NCBI GenBank assembly: GCA_964016885.1
Contig: OZ024743.1
Coordinates: forward strand, 55,366,001 to 55,430,000
Direction: 5' to 3'
DNA length: 64,000 nt
DNA from: Eledone cirrhosa
Lineage: Eukaryota
Numbering within the stretch: position 1 is the stretch's first letter; each line of letters begins with the position of its first letter. The position numbers were made by a program, and so were the translations under genes. Under the pieces are notes generated by a model that had not been told where the DNA came from, did not search any database, and was given only the letters and a program-made list of their open reading frames with translations. Shown here piece by piece: positions 51,925 to 64,000 of this stretch.

Positions 51925-52321
51925 CTCTCGGGTCTCGAATAATCGTCAGACCCCTTCCACTTATTAATTTTTCACACCCCACCCTCACACTTATTTAATT
52001 TTGCTAATCTATCTCCGACAGAATTTTATTTTAAGTGGTAGCATTCCTGCGACAGTTAATTTCCTTTATACATTAAAAACATTATACATGACAAAAAAGT
52101 ACATTACTAGAAATCCTATACCTTATAAAATAAATAGGATGTGTTGGGTGTCTCAATGTGTAAACTAAAGGACTAATTCTGGTTTTTAAAATATCGGCAG
52201 AGAAAACCTAGAAAAATTACTGGTTTTTCACCACCCCACTTATATCCCCCCAACCCCACACACCGCGTATTCCGACCCAAACCCACTTATTCCACAACCC
52301 CTATTATTTAGGACCCGAGAG
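51925..52321. mobile_element. MITE with CTCTCGGGTC...AATAAT terminal inverted repeats (Tc1/mariner-pogo-like)
   Basis: Left TA|CTCTCGGGTCTCGAATAAT; right ATTATTTAGGACCCGAGAG. Confidence 0.7.
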
Positions 52322-52954
52322 TTCCTTTCATGGAAATTCATTACTATACAGTGCGTAATGTGACCGATTCTTTGAAATACTGGTACAGCCCATCTTGTAT
52401 TGTAGAGTAAGTAGTTGGAATTTCCACATTCCACAGACGCGTGTACTTTTAAGGTAATTCTCAGGGAGATTCAGCGCGACACAATGTGTGACACGATTAG
52501 CCATTTAATACAGCTTATTACAGATGTAACTCGCTTTTCCTCCTCCCTTGTTATTGCTGCCGAAAAGCGAAACTAATCCAGGCTATTTTTAAGATTTTCT
52601 CAACAAGAGAGAATTTCCTATAACGAGTCTAACATGTTTCCTAAACAAAATTGAAATATAATTATTCGGTTATTCTTTTAATGGTTTCTGTCATCAAACT
52701 GTGGCCATGCTGTGACACCGTCTGAAACTATGTTAACAATCAAGATATGTTTTTTTTTTCTTTCTCAGAAGTCACGTTTTAAACTGAAAAAACAAATCTG
52801 AAGATATGAACATTTCCAGTATGTGTGTGTGTGTGTGTGTGTGCGTGTGCGTGTGTGTCTACGTGTGTGACAGTGTCAGAGCGTGCGTTTATGTATGTGC
52901 TTTATTGTTATCGACATCAAAGAAGAGAGAGAGTGTGAGTGTGTGAGAGAGAAA

Positions 52955-52985
<31 letters not shown>

Positions 52986-53427
52986 CGAGGGGGAGAGAGA
53001 GAGAGTTATTAAATTGAGAAGAGGAGAAACAAGAGTTGCTAAAATTTCAAGTAATATCAACGAAAAGCAATTACTGTTATGGGCGGAGGCAGAAATTACT
53101 GTATGTAGATAGATTTCAAGATAAACAAAAACGTAAGAGGGTTGCGCTCAGTCAGGTTTAAATGCCTGAGAAATGCCGTAGGGGACCCTACGACACCAGC
53201 AAGAATTAAGACCCCATGGATGAAAAAACCCATTAAATCCAATCATTACTTATTTAGGCTATTTTTAACTTGCCTTTCCTTTTATTCCCTTCATACAATT
53301 CTTGTTTGAGGGCGCGTATCCAAAGGGTTAAGATGTTGAATTCACGATTATAATGTCGTGAGTTCAAATGGGGAACTGGGCAGCTTGTTGCATTTTTGAA
53401 GCAGACGCTTCAGTTTTACATTTCATG

Positions 53428-53802
53428 ATAGAATTGCTGTCTTTATCACTAAAACACGCAAGAAACTTTCTATGACATACAACTTTGTAAAAGGTGAGCT
53501 AAATCCATATATACGTGATAGGATTGAAGCCCCTGTCATTAAAAAACATGAGGATTTCCCTATGTGATGCAACCACTTAGGAGGCTAGCTAAACTTGCAT
53601 ACAGGTGTGAGCTCCTATCATAAATGGGTCATACACTCGTAGGAAGCTAGATAAACCTTCATGAGTGTCACATGTAACAACAACCACGTATATAATAGGA
53701 CTTAGGCCCTTATCATTAAAACATCAAAACATCCAAGAAACCCTCTCTGGGATACAATTTTGTAGGCCGGCTGAATGTATTTAGGTATGAGCTGTAAGAA
53801 GA

Positions 53803-53877
<75 letters not shown>

Positions 53878-53990
53878 AGAGAGTCTCTGTCTGTGTATGT
53901 GATAGGACTGGGCTTCCTATCATTAAAGCACCCGAGAAACTTTCTATGAGATACAACCTCTTAGGAAGCCAGTTAAATCTAAGAGTGAGC
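53428..53990 (+). repeat. Degenerate tandem repeat of about 90 bp (4-5 units) interrupted by (TG)n
   Basis: Recurring GATAGGA..TATCATTAAA.CA...AGAAAC.TTCTATGAGATACAAC at about 53428, 53517, 53695 and 53901. Confidence 0.6.
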
Positions 53991-54097
53991 TGGAACTTAT
54001 TTCATTTCAGCCACCTTTATAGGGATCTATTGTTCTTGACATTTTTTGTATTATTCTATGAAAGATAGTTTCTTTTTTTTTTTGACAGTCAGTCTTA

Positions 54098-54143
<46 letters not shown>

Positions 54144-54699
54144 GCTGCTACTGCTGTTGCTGCTGCTGCTATGCTGCTGCTGCTGTTGCTGCTGCTAAGT
54201 TGTTTTCTAACAGAGATACAAGGCCACAAAATTGTTAGAGGAATCAGTCGCTTAAATCAACCTCAGTACATAAGGGGCAGGTCAGATTTGATCAACGACA
54301 TTTCAGCCATGACCATACAATCGAGTATTCCGTAACAGTACATCAAGACTGTGGAATCTGGTATAGCGAGGGGCTAAGGAAATTTTAATCAGGGATGAGC
54401 AGTCGAACAGAATCAATATTTCCACTGATTCGATATAATATTCAAGCGTAGAAAATTTTGAGCCGACAGAATAAATTGGAATTTCAATACAAATGCATGT
54501 GAGTAGATGTATGTGTGTGTGTATGACTATGTATGTATGTATGTATGTATGTATGTATGTATGTATGTATGTATGTATGTATGTATGTGTGTGTGTATGA
54601 CTATGTATGTATGTATGTATGTATGTATGTATGTATGTATGTATGTATGTATGTGTGTATGACTATGTATATATGTATAAATATATGTATGTATGTATG

Positions 54700-55082
54700 T
54701 CAAGGCAGAATTCTAGGAGAAGGAAAACTCTGATATAACACCTGCAGCCCTGATGGTATCCAATGATGTTGACTTGTTCTTCTTTTTGGTAAATATCATC
54801 TTGGTTAAGAGAGTGGGACTGGCTTTGTGCAGTGCATTTGCTCACTATAAAAGCTTCACGGCACAGGCATTGCTTTATATCTGGAGATCTCTGCACTTGT
54901 CGTGACATGGTACCATGGGCCCAGCACTATGTGTCAATAATTGTCACAAGTGTAGTGTTTGTACAAGAGTTTTCAAGTCGCTGGCTGGACTAAAAAGTCA
55001 CACTCGTTCAGCGCATCGGTAGGAGTTCTTCTACATGGATATAAAGTAGTGGCCGTACTCTAAAACGAGTTGGCAGCCACCA
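54700..55082 (+). mobile_element. Short RTE-derived non-autonomous element with (ATGT)n tail, copy 1
   Basis: RTE-5'UTR-like CTAGGAGAAGGAAAACTCTGA, then a C2H2 remnant CSVCTRVFKSLAGLKSHTRSAHR*, embedded in (ATGT)n. Confidence 0.6.
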
Positions 55083-55674
55083 TGTGTGTATGTATGTATG
55101 CTTGTATGTATGTATGTATGTGTGTATGCATGTATTTATGCATGTATGCGTGTATGTATGCATGTATGTATGCTTGTATGTATGTATTTATTTATGTATG
55201 TATGTATTGAAGTATATATATATATGTTTGTATGTATGTGTGTATGTAATATCTATATATGTAGATACATAGTATGTACATATGTGTGTTTATTTGTCTG
55301 TGCGTCTTTGTATGTGCATGTGGTTGTGAGTGTGTGTGCATGTGTGTGTGTGTGCCTGTGTGTTTGTATGTGTGTATTTGTGAGAGTACATGTGAAAGTA
55401 TATGTGTGTGTAAGGTACATTTATATGTGTAACTTTCAATTTACAACTCATCAGTTCGCGTTTATGTTTCTTCCATCCATTACAACGTACTTGAGATAAG
55501 AGGTAGAGAGATGGGAGGGGAGAGAGAGAGGTAGAAAGTATATGTATGTGTGTGTGTGTATGTGTATGTGTATATATGTGGTTGTGTGTATTTGTTAATC
55601 TGTCTGTGGTTGTGTGTGCAAATGTGTGTTTATATGAGAAACTAACACTTGACCACATGCTTCTATATTCTATA

Positions 55675-55779
<105 letters not shown>

Positions 55780-56013
55780 CGAGCGAGAGAGAGAGAGAGA
55801 GACAGACAGATATATAGAGAGAGTGAGAGACAGACTCAGAGAGAGAGAGTGTGTGTGTGTGTGTATGTATGTTTTCTATGTGTTTCTACGTAAGCAATGG
55901 TGCTCGCTAAGGGCGTTTGCACAGAGATCGAACGCACGCTTGTGTCGATATATATATGTATGTATGTATATATGTATGTAGGTATGTATGTATATATGTA
56001 TGTATGTATGCAT

Positions 56014-56428
56014 GTCCGGGAGATGTGATCCCTTAGCCTTTGTCAAGGCAGAATTCTAGGAGAAGGAAAACTCTGATATAACACCTGCAACCCTGATGGT
56101 ATCCAATGATGTTGACGTGTTCTTCTTTTTGGTAAATATCATCTTGGTTAAGAGAGTGGGACTGGCTTTGTGCAGTGCCTTTGCTCACTATAAAAGCTTC
56201 ACGGCACAGGCATTGCTTTATATCTGGAGATCTCTCTGTACTTGTCGTTACATGGTACCATGGGCCCAGCACTATGTGTCAATAATTGTCGCAAGTGTAG
56301 TGTTTGTACCAGAGTTTTCAAGTCGCTGGCTGGACTAAAAAGTCACATTCGTTCAGCGCATCGGTAGGGGTTCTCCTACATGGATGTAAAGTAGTAGCCG
56401 TACTCGAAAACGAGTTGGCAGCCACCAT
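56014..56428 (+). mobile_element. Short RTE-derived non-autonomous element with (ATGT)n tail, copy 2
   Basis: Near-identical to 54700-55082 and about 30 bp longer at the 5' end; followed by about 550 bp of (ATGT)n-type repeat. Confidence 0.6.
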
Positions 56429-57325
56429 GTATGCATGTATATAGGTATGTATGTATGCATGCATTTTGCATTTATGTATGTATATAAGTATATATGTGTG
56501 GATGTATGCATGTATCTTTGTATGTATATATATATGTATGTATGAATCATGTATGTATGCAAGTGTATATGTATGTGCGTATGTATGCAAGTATGTATGT
56601 GTGTATGTATGAAAGTATGTATGTATGTATGTATGTATGTATGTATGTATGTATGTATGTATGTATGTGTATATGGAAGTATGTATGCATGTATGTATGT
56701 ATGTATGTACGTATGTATGTAAGTATGTACGTATGTATGCAAGTATGTATGTATGTATGTATGTATGTATGTGTGTGTGTATGTATGTATGTATGTATGT
56801 ATGTATGTATGTATGTATGCAAGTATGTACGTATGTATGCAAGTATGCAAGTATGTATGTGTGTGTATGTATGTATGTATGTATGTATGTATGTATGTAT
56901 GTATGTATGTATGTATGTATGTATGTATGTATGTTTGTATTAAGTATGCAAGTACATATGTGTGTATGTATGTATGCTACTGTGTATGTACGAACGTATA
57001 TAATGACTTTTGAACTATCATAAGCTTGCATTTATTTCTGTCAAGCACTCCGTCAGAAACATCCGGGGTAAGCACTACTCACCTCCGCCCATCCCTCTAC
57101 TGTACTGCTTTTTACACTGCCAACATGGTCGACAAACGGATTAGACGACCATGGACAGCACTAATCTCTTTAGCATACGGTTTATTAACCTTTACCGTGT
57201 ACCTATCTAATTCCCATCAAGCTCAGTTAATGCCAGCGACATCTGTTGGAGACTTACAAAAAGAAACAACTAAACGAAACTAACCTTGTTCTATCTTAGT
57301 AAAAGAAGTGAGAGAGAGAGAGAGT

Positions 57326-57417
<92 letters not shown>

Positions 57418-57478
57418 CACACATAATATACACACACATATCTATATATTTTTATATATATATACATATATATATATT

Positions 57479-57541
<63 letters not shown>

Positions 57542-57588
57542 AAATATTTCTCTCACTCTCTCTCTTTCTCTGTACATATATATAATAT

Positions 57589-57699
<111 letters not shown>

Positions 57700-57826
57700 T
57701 ATATTATATATATGTACAGAGAAAGAGAGAGAGTGAGAGAGAATGAGAGAGAGAGATCAGAGCAAGGCAGAAACATTGTAGAAAGTAAGAATGAAATTAG
57801 GTAAGAGTATGATGATGATGATGATG

Positions 57827-57863
<37 letters not shown>

Positions 57864-58149
57864 ATATCATCAGTATCAGTATCATCATCATCATCATCAT
57901 CATGCTTACTCAGTTAACATTTTAAAACGAATGGCTGATGATAGGTGAGGAAATAACAATTGTTCGCTGAAGAGGAGAGATATTAAAAAGTGGGGTGGAA
58001 AAGGAAAGATGTTAATTTCATACTAAAACATCGACAGAATCTAGAATATACACGATCGTCTTAAGATATCACTTGTCAACGAATTTTAACTTCTCACGGG
58101 GTATTATGTATTGCCTGTTAGCGGAGCTGCTATATTTATTATTTATTTC

Positions 58150-58335
58150 ATTGGCAGTATCGGTAGAGGGTCAGACGCCATGCTTTGCAGCATATAGTTT
58201 CGGCCCTTTTATTATCTGAGTTCAAATCCCGCCGAGGTTAACTTTGCCCTTCATCCTTACGGGGTCCATAAAATAAAGTACCAATAATGTACTGGGTAAT
58301 TTGCTGGCCTTGTACCAAAGGTAGAGACAATTATA
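58150..58335 (+). mobile_element. tRNA-derived SINE, family A
   Basis: Colinear with 4505-4688; its tail grades into the (GGT/GTT)n tract at 58350-58920. Confidence 0.85.
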
Positions 58336-59044
58336 ATTATTATTATTGCTGTTGTTGGTGGTGGTGGTGGTGGTGGTGGTGGTGGTGGTGGTGGTGTTGG
58401 TGGTGATGTTGGTGGTGGTGGTGGTGGTGATGGTGGTGTTGTTGTTGGCGGTGGTGGTGGTGTTGGCGGTGGTGGTGGTGTTGTTGTTGGTGACGTTGGT
58501 GGTGGTGATGGTGGTGTTGTTGTTGGTGTTGGTGGTGGTGGTGATGGTGATGGTGGTGTTGTTGTTGTTGTTGGTGGTGGTGTTGTTGGTGGTTGTGATG
58601 GCGGTGGTGGTGTTGTTGTTGTGTTGGTGGTGGTGTTGGTGGTGGTGGTGGTGGTGGTGGTGGTGTTGTTGGCGGTGATGGTGGTGGGGGTGGGGGTGGG
58701 GGTGATGATGGTGGTGTTGTTTTTTGTTGGTGGTGATGGTGGTGGTGGTGGTGATGGTGGTGGTGGTGGTGATGATGGTGGTGATGGTGGTAGTGGTGTT
58801 GATGGTGATGGTGTTGTTGTTGTGGTGGTGGTGGTGTTGTTGTTGGTGGTAGTGGTGATGGTGGTAGTGGTGTTGTTGTTGTTCGTGGTGTTGGTGGTGG
58901 TGGTGTTGTTGTTGTTGTTTTCCCTCCAACGCCCCACTACAAGACTAGCTGATCAACATGGTATTCATAGTTGTTTAAATTAGATCAATAAATGTAGGGC
59001 GAAACCTTTCAGCTTCTTGATGCCCCTCCCTCCTCCTCCTGCTT

Positions 59045-60305
59045 CCCTGCCTTCTTTCTTCTTCTTCTTCTTCTTCTTCTTCTTCTTCTTCTTCTTCTTC
59101 TTCTCTTCCTCCTCTCTCTTCTTCTTCTTCTTCTTCTTCTTCTTCTTCTTCTTCTTCTTCTTCTTCTTCTTCTACTTGTTCTCTTCCTTCCTCCTCCTTC
59201 TTCTTCTTCTTCTTCTTCTTCTTCTTCTTCTTCTTCTCCTCTTTCTTCTTCTTCTCTCTTCGTCTTTTCTCTTCTTCTTCTTCTTCTTCTTCTTCTTCTC
59301 TTCTTCTTCTTCTTCTTCTTCTCCTCCTCCTTCTTCTTCTACTTGTTCTCTTCCTCCTCCTCCTTCTTCTTCTTCTTCTTCTTCTTCTTCTTCTTCTTCT
59401 TCTTCTCCTCTTTCTTCTTCTTCTTCTTCTTCCTTCCTCTTCTTCTTCTTCTTTCTTCTTCTTCTTCTTCTTCCTTCTTCTTCTCCTTCTTCTTCTTCTT
59501 TATTCTTCTTCTTCTTTCTTCTTCTCCTTCTTCTTCTTCTTCTTCTTCTTCTTCTTCTTCTTCTTCTTCCTTCTTCTTCTTCTTCTTCTTCTCTTCTCCT
59601 CCTCCTCCTTCTTCTTCTTCTTCTTCTTCTTCTCTCTTCTTCTTCTTCTTCTCTCTCTTCTTCTTCTTCTACTTCTTCTTCTTCTTCTTTTTCTTCTTCT
59701 TCTTCTTCTTTCTTCTTCTCTCTTCTTCTTCTTCTTCTTCTTCTTCTACTTGTTCTCTTCCTCCTCCTCCTTCTCTTCTTCTTCTTCTTCTTCTTCTCTT
59801 CTTCTCTCTCCTTCTTCTTCTTCTTCTTCTTCTTCTTCTCCTCTTTCTTCTTCTTCTTCTCTTCTTCTTCTTCTTCTTCTTCTTCTTCTTCTTCTTCTTC
59901 TTCTTCTTCTCCTCTCTCTCCTTCTTCTCTTCTTCTTCTTCTTCTTCCTTCTTCTTCTTCTTCTTCTTCTTCTTCTTCTTCTTTTCTTCTTCTTCTTCTT
60001 CTTCTTCTTCTCTTCTTCTTCTTCTTCTTCTTCTTCTTCTTCTTCTTCTTCTTCTTCTTCTTTCTACTTGTTCTCTTCCTCCTCTTCTTCTTCTTCTTCT
60101 TTCTTCTTCTTTCTTCTTCTTCTTCTTCTTCTACTTGTTCTCTTCCTCCTCCTCCTTCTTCTTCTTCTTCTTCTTCTTCTTCTTCTTCTTCTTCTCCTCT
60201 TTCTTCTTCTTCTTCTTCGTCTTTTTCTTCTTCTTCTTCTTCTTCTTCTTCTTCTTCTTCTTCTTCTTCTTCTCTTCTTCTTCTCCTCCTCCTCCTTCTT
60301 CCTCT

Positions 60306-60337
<32 letters not shown>

Positions 60338-60468
60338 TTCTTCTTCTTCTTCTTTCTTCTTCTTCTTCTTCTTCTCCTTCTTCTTCTTCTTTATCTTCTT
60401 CTTTTTCTTCTTCTCCTTCTTCTTCTTCTTCTTCTTCTTCTTCTTCTTCTTCTTCTTCTTCTCCCCCC
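59045..60468 (+). repeat. About 1.4-kb imperfect (TTC)n polypyrimidine tract
   Basis: Almost purine-free on +, with a recurring interruption CTACTTGTTCTCTTCCTCC. Confidence 0.95.
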
Positions 60469-62483
60469 GAGAAATACTTGGTGATATTTGTTCCGTCTTT
60501 TTACATTCTATGTTCTAGTACCCACTGAAGTCGATAAATCTGTTGCTCTTGTTTTTTCACACGTGTTCTGTGTCTGCTGCCGCAAGACACTTATTTATAC
60601 TTGTTTATTTAAACAAGACCGCCCTTTTTATTCTTCATCATACGGCTCCTCATGTAAATAAAAACATGACCCTAGTTTAGCAAAAAACAAAATGGAGGTA
60701 AAGCTCAACTGCCAAAATTGTTCAGTCAGTGATGTGAGCAGCAAAATATATTTTCTCACTGATAATTATAATATCAAATATCCACCTTTGCAATATGTAA
60801 TTTACAGCACCAACAAAATCTCTACTTTGAACCTAGCAAACAACCAGAACAAAACGCCAACTAAAATAACATTAAAAACAACATCACTGAAATCTATACG
60901 GTAAAAGTAAGAGCGACAACACGACCAAGTACACAACCACAGACACTAGCGAGTTAACGTATCAACACTACCACAACGTTGACATGAGGCAATACTGATA
61001 CTACAACTACTGAAATATCAAAAAACTACATCGCGACCAGTATAAATGTAATGGTCCAAATAACCTAAAAGTATTTTACCAAGTCCATCCTGCTCCCAAG
61101 AAGAGTCGGTCAAACATTGTGTGGACCTGGATTAACCGGTTAAATTGCTCGGAATCTGGTTTGGTCTAGTTCTTTAGGTGACAATAAGCTCCGATAAGAT
61201 TATGTGTAGGGTAATCAGTCTCACCCAGAAATGAGCCGATAGAAAGCTCTCCTTAAACGACCCGGCACATGTGACGAATACCTACATTGCCTCCGGTATC
61301 TGTTACTATCTGAATGCCGTGCCTTGCCCCAGTTCACATCTAACCGAACTGAAGTGGTTCTTTTTTTTTTTTTTGGAAGGGACTCGTTGAACTGGTCAGA
61401 TGGTTTATTTTCTGTTAACACCTACAGTATGGTAAACTAGGCCCACTGTAGCTGGTGATGCAAGATATGCTCTGAAGTTACAACAGCTCGGTGAATATGT
61501 GTATTCATCATTTCGCATATATGCTTTTCCCCAGCCTCATCACTTTGATAGGGCTGCAGTCTATAGTCAAGAGTACACCGAGAAGGGAGGCTTGGCAACT
61601 GAAACGTTGTTAAGCGTTCACAGCCTTCTTTCATTTAGGCAATGTGGTCGGTGGAAACTCCACTTTGCTGCCCTGTAGAAGATTAGTGGTGGGTAAAAAA
61701 TGAAGACATTCTCGACGAAATTGTAGGCGTCGACAAAACTCACCTCAATAATTTCTATGAATCCTTAGCCTAGCAGCGCAACCGGGGTGCATTATTGGTC
61801 TGGATAAACTTTACAGGCATGGACGTGCCATTAGCCAAGCCTATCCTAAATGCATGCAGGGCAATGTAACCGTCCTACACGCATTTGTCAATTGTTGACG
61901 TGGATTTGTGTCGAAAGTTTATGTAGGATAGATCCGAGATCAGCTGTATCCATTGTGCAGATCACCCCACTTTGGCTAGGAATGATAGGCAGATGTTATC
62001 TATGTCATGGCCACGGTGAAGGAGATTCTGTGATAAGTAAAAATCATAAGAGTTGAAGGCAAGCAGTTTCATTTTCGGTTAATCTCTCATAGACCACTTT
62101 AAATGAAACAAGAAAAAGAAACTAAGGGTAGATAAGAAAGTGTTGCCTCGCAGAAAATGTGTTGAAAAATGGACGATAGTGGCTCACATGGTTCGAGTGA
62201 ACGACCCTACATTGAGTATGTACTTGTAGATTGGAGAAAGACAAATGTAAGAAGGCACATTCCTTTGTGGTCAGAGTGGCCGTGGCTTTTATGGGTTTTT
62301 CCAAGAGTAGTCCTCGAAAGTCTCTCCTCTACTGGGAATTTTCTTTGTTTTATTTTATTGATACCCATTTTGCTTTTGTTTTCGATATTTCGCTTTTTTA
62401 CACACTTTCATGTAAACCTATACAGAACCGTCCTCGATCTTTATCTAAACCCTCGTGGTTAATAAAATCATCATCATCACCAT

Positions 62484-64000
62484 TATTGTTGTTGTTGTTA
62501 TTTTTATTATTATTATTATTGTTTCTTCGCTCAGCTTCTAATGTTGGAGATGTATTACAGTGTTAGCTGTTCACTACCAGTGAACTAAGGCAAAACCCTT
62601 TATTTTTCGTGTACCCTCCGGAGTATTCGAGCTGTTCCAAGCAATGCTGTTTTTTGCAAGTATTGCAATCCCTATTTGTTTGATGTACCGTATTTCCCGG
62701 CGCCGAAGACTCTTCGTCCTCGAGGACGCACTCTAATTTTGACAACCAAAAATTTGAAAAAAAATAATAAACAACCTTCGGCCTCTAGGACGCATGGTAG
62801 ATTTTTTAGACTTATTTTAGGAAAAAAGTAGCGTCTTCGACGCCGGGAAATACGGTACTTCTCAAGATCTTTACTCACTGTTCCCAACACTCCAACTATT
62901 ATTGGTGTTACCTCCGTCTTGTTCAATGACCACAACTTCTTAATATTCCAAGCTAACATGCCATATCTTTCAATTTTTTCCTTCTTTTTCACACACCTTG
63001 TTATCAGCTGGACAGGCTATATCTATGATCCAACACTATCTGCTTTCTCAATTAATACATTATCTGGTCTCCTATATTCTATCTCATGGTCACACTCTAT
63101 TACAAAGTCCCACAGGATTTTTACATTGTCATTTTGGGTAACGCCCTCAGCGTTATATTCGAACCACTTTTCTGCTGTCAAGTGCACATTTGCCACAACG
63201 TGTCCAATAGACTACCCTTGCTATGTTGTGACGTTTTTTGTATTCTTTCTGACCTAGTGGTCTGCATTGACTGATAATATGTCATACAGTTTCTCCTTTC
63301 ATGCCATAAATTCTACGCTTATCACTTTCTGCTGTGTAGTCTACTCTATGCTTGATATAGTTAGTTCTTAGTGATTGAGGCTTCTGTTTATCGTTTTAGA
63401 TCACTTTTAGCCATCAATAATCACCTTTTTTCTCTGTCTGTCCTATCTTCAACATCACTATGAAACTGTCCATACATTCTTTTTTCCATCCATCTCCTTT
63501 CTGTTTCATCCATCTTGAAATGCTTGTACCGTGTTTTTTCTTTACAATCTTCTATTTTGACAGCCCTGACATTCTTACTTCCAGCAACAGTGGTTCTGTG
63601 GAATGTTTTATGTACCACGCCAGTCTTTCGGTCTAAACTGTTTAGCTCGTCCACTGCCCACGTGATCACTCCCACCTCATATCTAAGGAGTGATACCGCC
63701 CATGTGTTGATAACTTCCATCTTACTCCGACCATTCAGTTTTGACATGAGAATAAATCTCAGTCTGCGCATGTGTTCCACCCTAATCTTTCATTCATTTT
63801 CTCCTGCATTATCTTATCAACTCCAATATCCCTAAGTACTTATAACCGTCCTCTTCAATTTGCTTCACGCCCTTTCCTGATGACAGCACCAACCCACCAA
63901 TGCTTTAAATTTGCCTCTGTTCAAGATTAATACACCACTTTTTAATCCGAACTATGACAGCACTAAATGTATTACAACGTATCAACGAGGGAACCAAACT
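62484..64000 (-). mobile_element. R4/Dong-clade (RLE) non-LTR retrotransposon, degenerate, running off the window end
   Basis: RRLRFILMSKLNGRSKMEVINTWAVSLLRY...LDRKT, KEKIERY...PIIVGVLGTVSKDLEKY and LQKTALLGTARILRRV; the 3' end is at (TAA)n/(CAA)n. Confidence 0.85.
62688..62855. mobile_element. 168-bp pogo/Tigger-type MITE inserted in the Dong element
   Basis: TA|CCGTATTTCCCGGCGCCGAAGAC ... GTCTTCGACGCCGGGAAATACGG|TA: TIRs plus a TA duplication. Removing it restores LEKY|IKQIG. Confidence 0.9.

Noticed and set aside
54940-55022. Host C2H2 zinc-finger gene exon
   Set aside because: A single finger ending in a stop, duplicated within a repeat unit with an ATGT tail; it fits a LINE C-terminal remnant better.
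58222-58983. His/Thr/Pro-rich ORFs
   Set aside because: Translations of a (GGT/GTT)n tract plus SINE sequence.
59017-60528. 503-aa, 391-aa and 244-aa Ser/Phe/Leu ORFs
   Set aside because: A stop-free TTC repeat is open in all three frames; not a gene.
60540-62460. Possible decayed LINE ORF1 or RTE 5'UTR, or host exons
   Set aside because: No recognisable protein motif and boundaries cannot be defined from the sequence alone.

Overview
Repeat-dominated, gene-poor eukaryotic (animal) DNA. The SINE families and microsatellite load resemble an octopus/coleoid cephalopod genome; this is inference from recalled repeat sequences, not a database result. I can support no host protein-coding exon: almost all short ORFs in the track are microsatellite translations or antisense to transposon ORFs. 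Main content: (1) Three divergent Tx1-clade LINE copies, each sitting in (ATCT)n/(GATA)n microsatellite with the same 3' junction. One is full-length with an intact 1145-aa APE-RT-zinc-finger ORF2, and two share a covarying 5'UTR double hairpin. (2) Two coding Penelope-like elements (PLEs; RT + GIY-YIG) and many pLTR remnants, mostly in (TA)n tracts. Many are fold-back palindromes and about a dozen carry intact or degenerate hammerhead ribozyme motifs; in several the palindrome apex lies at the ribozyme. (3) Fragments of CRE, R4/Dong, RTE and Ingi/Vingi-like LINEs, tRNA-derived SINEs and TA-flanked MITEs. (4) A 3.5-kb G-rich 12-bp minisatellite with a 659-bp higher-order duplication, a 1.4-kb TTC-based polypyrimidine tract, and many simple repeats.
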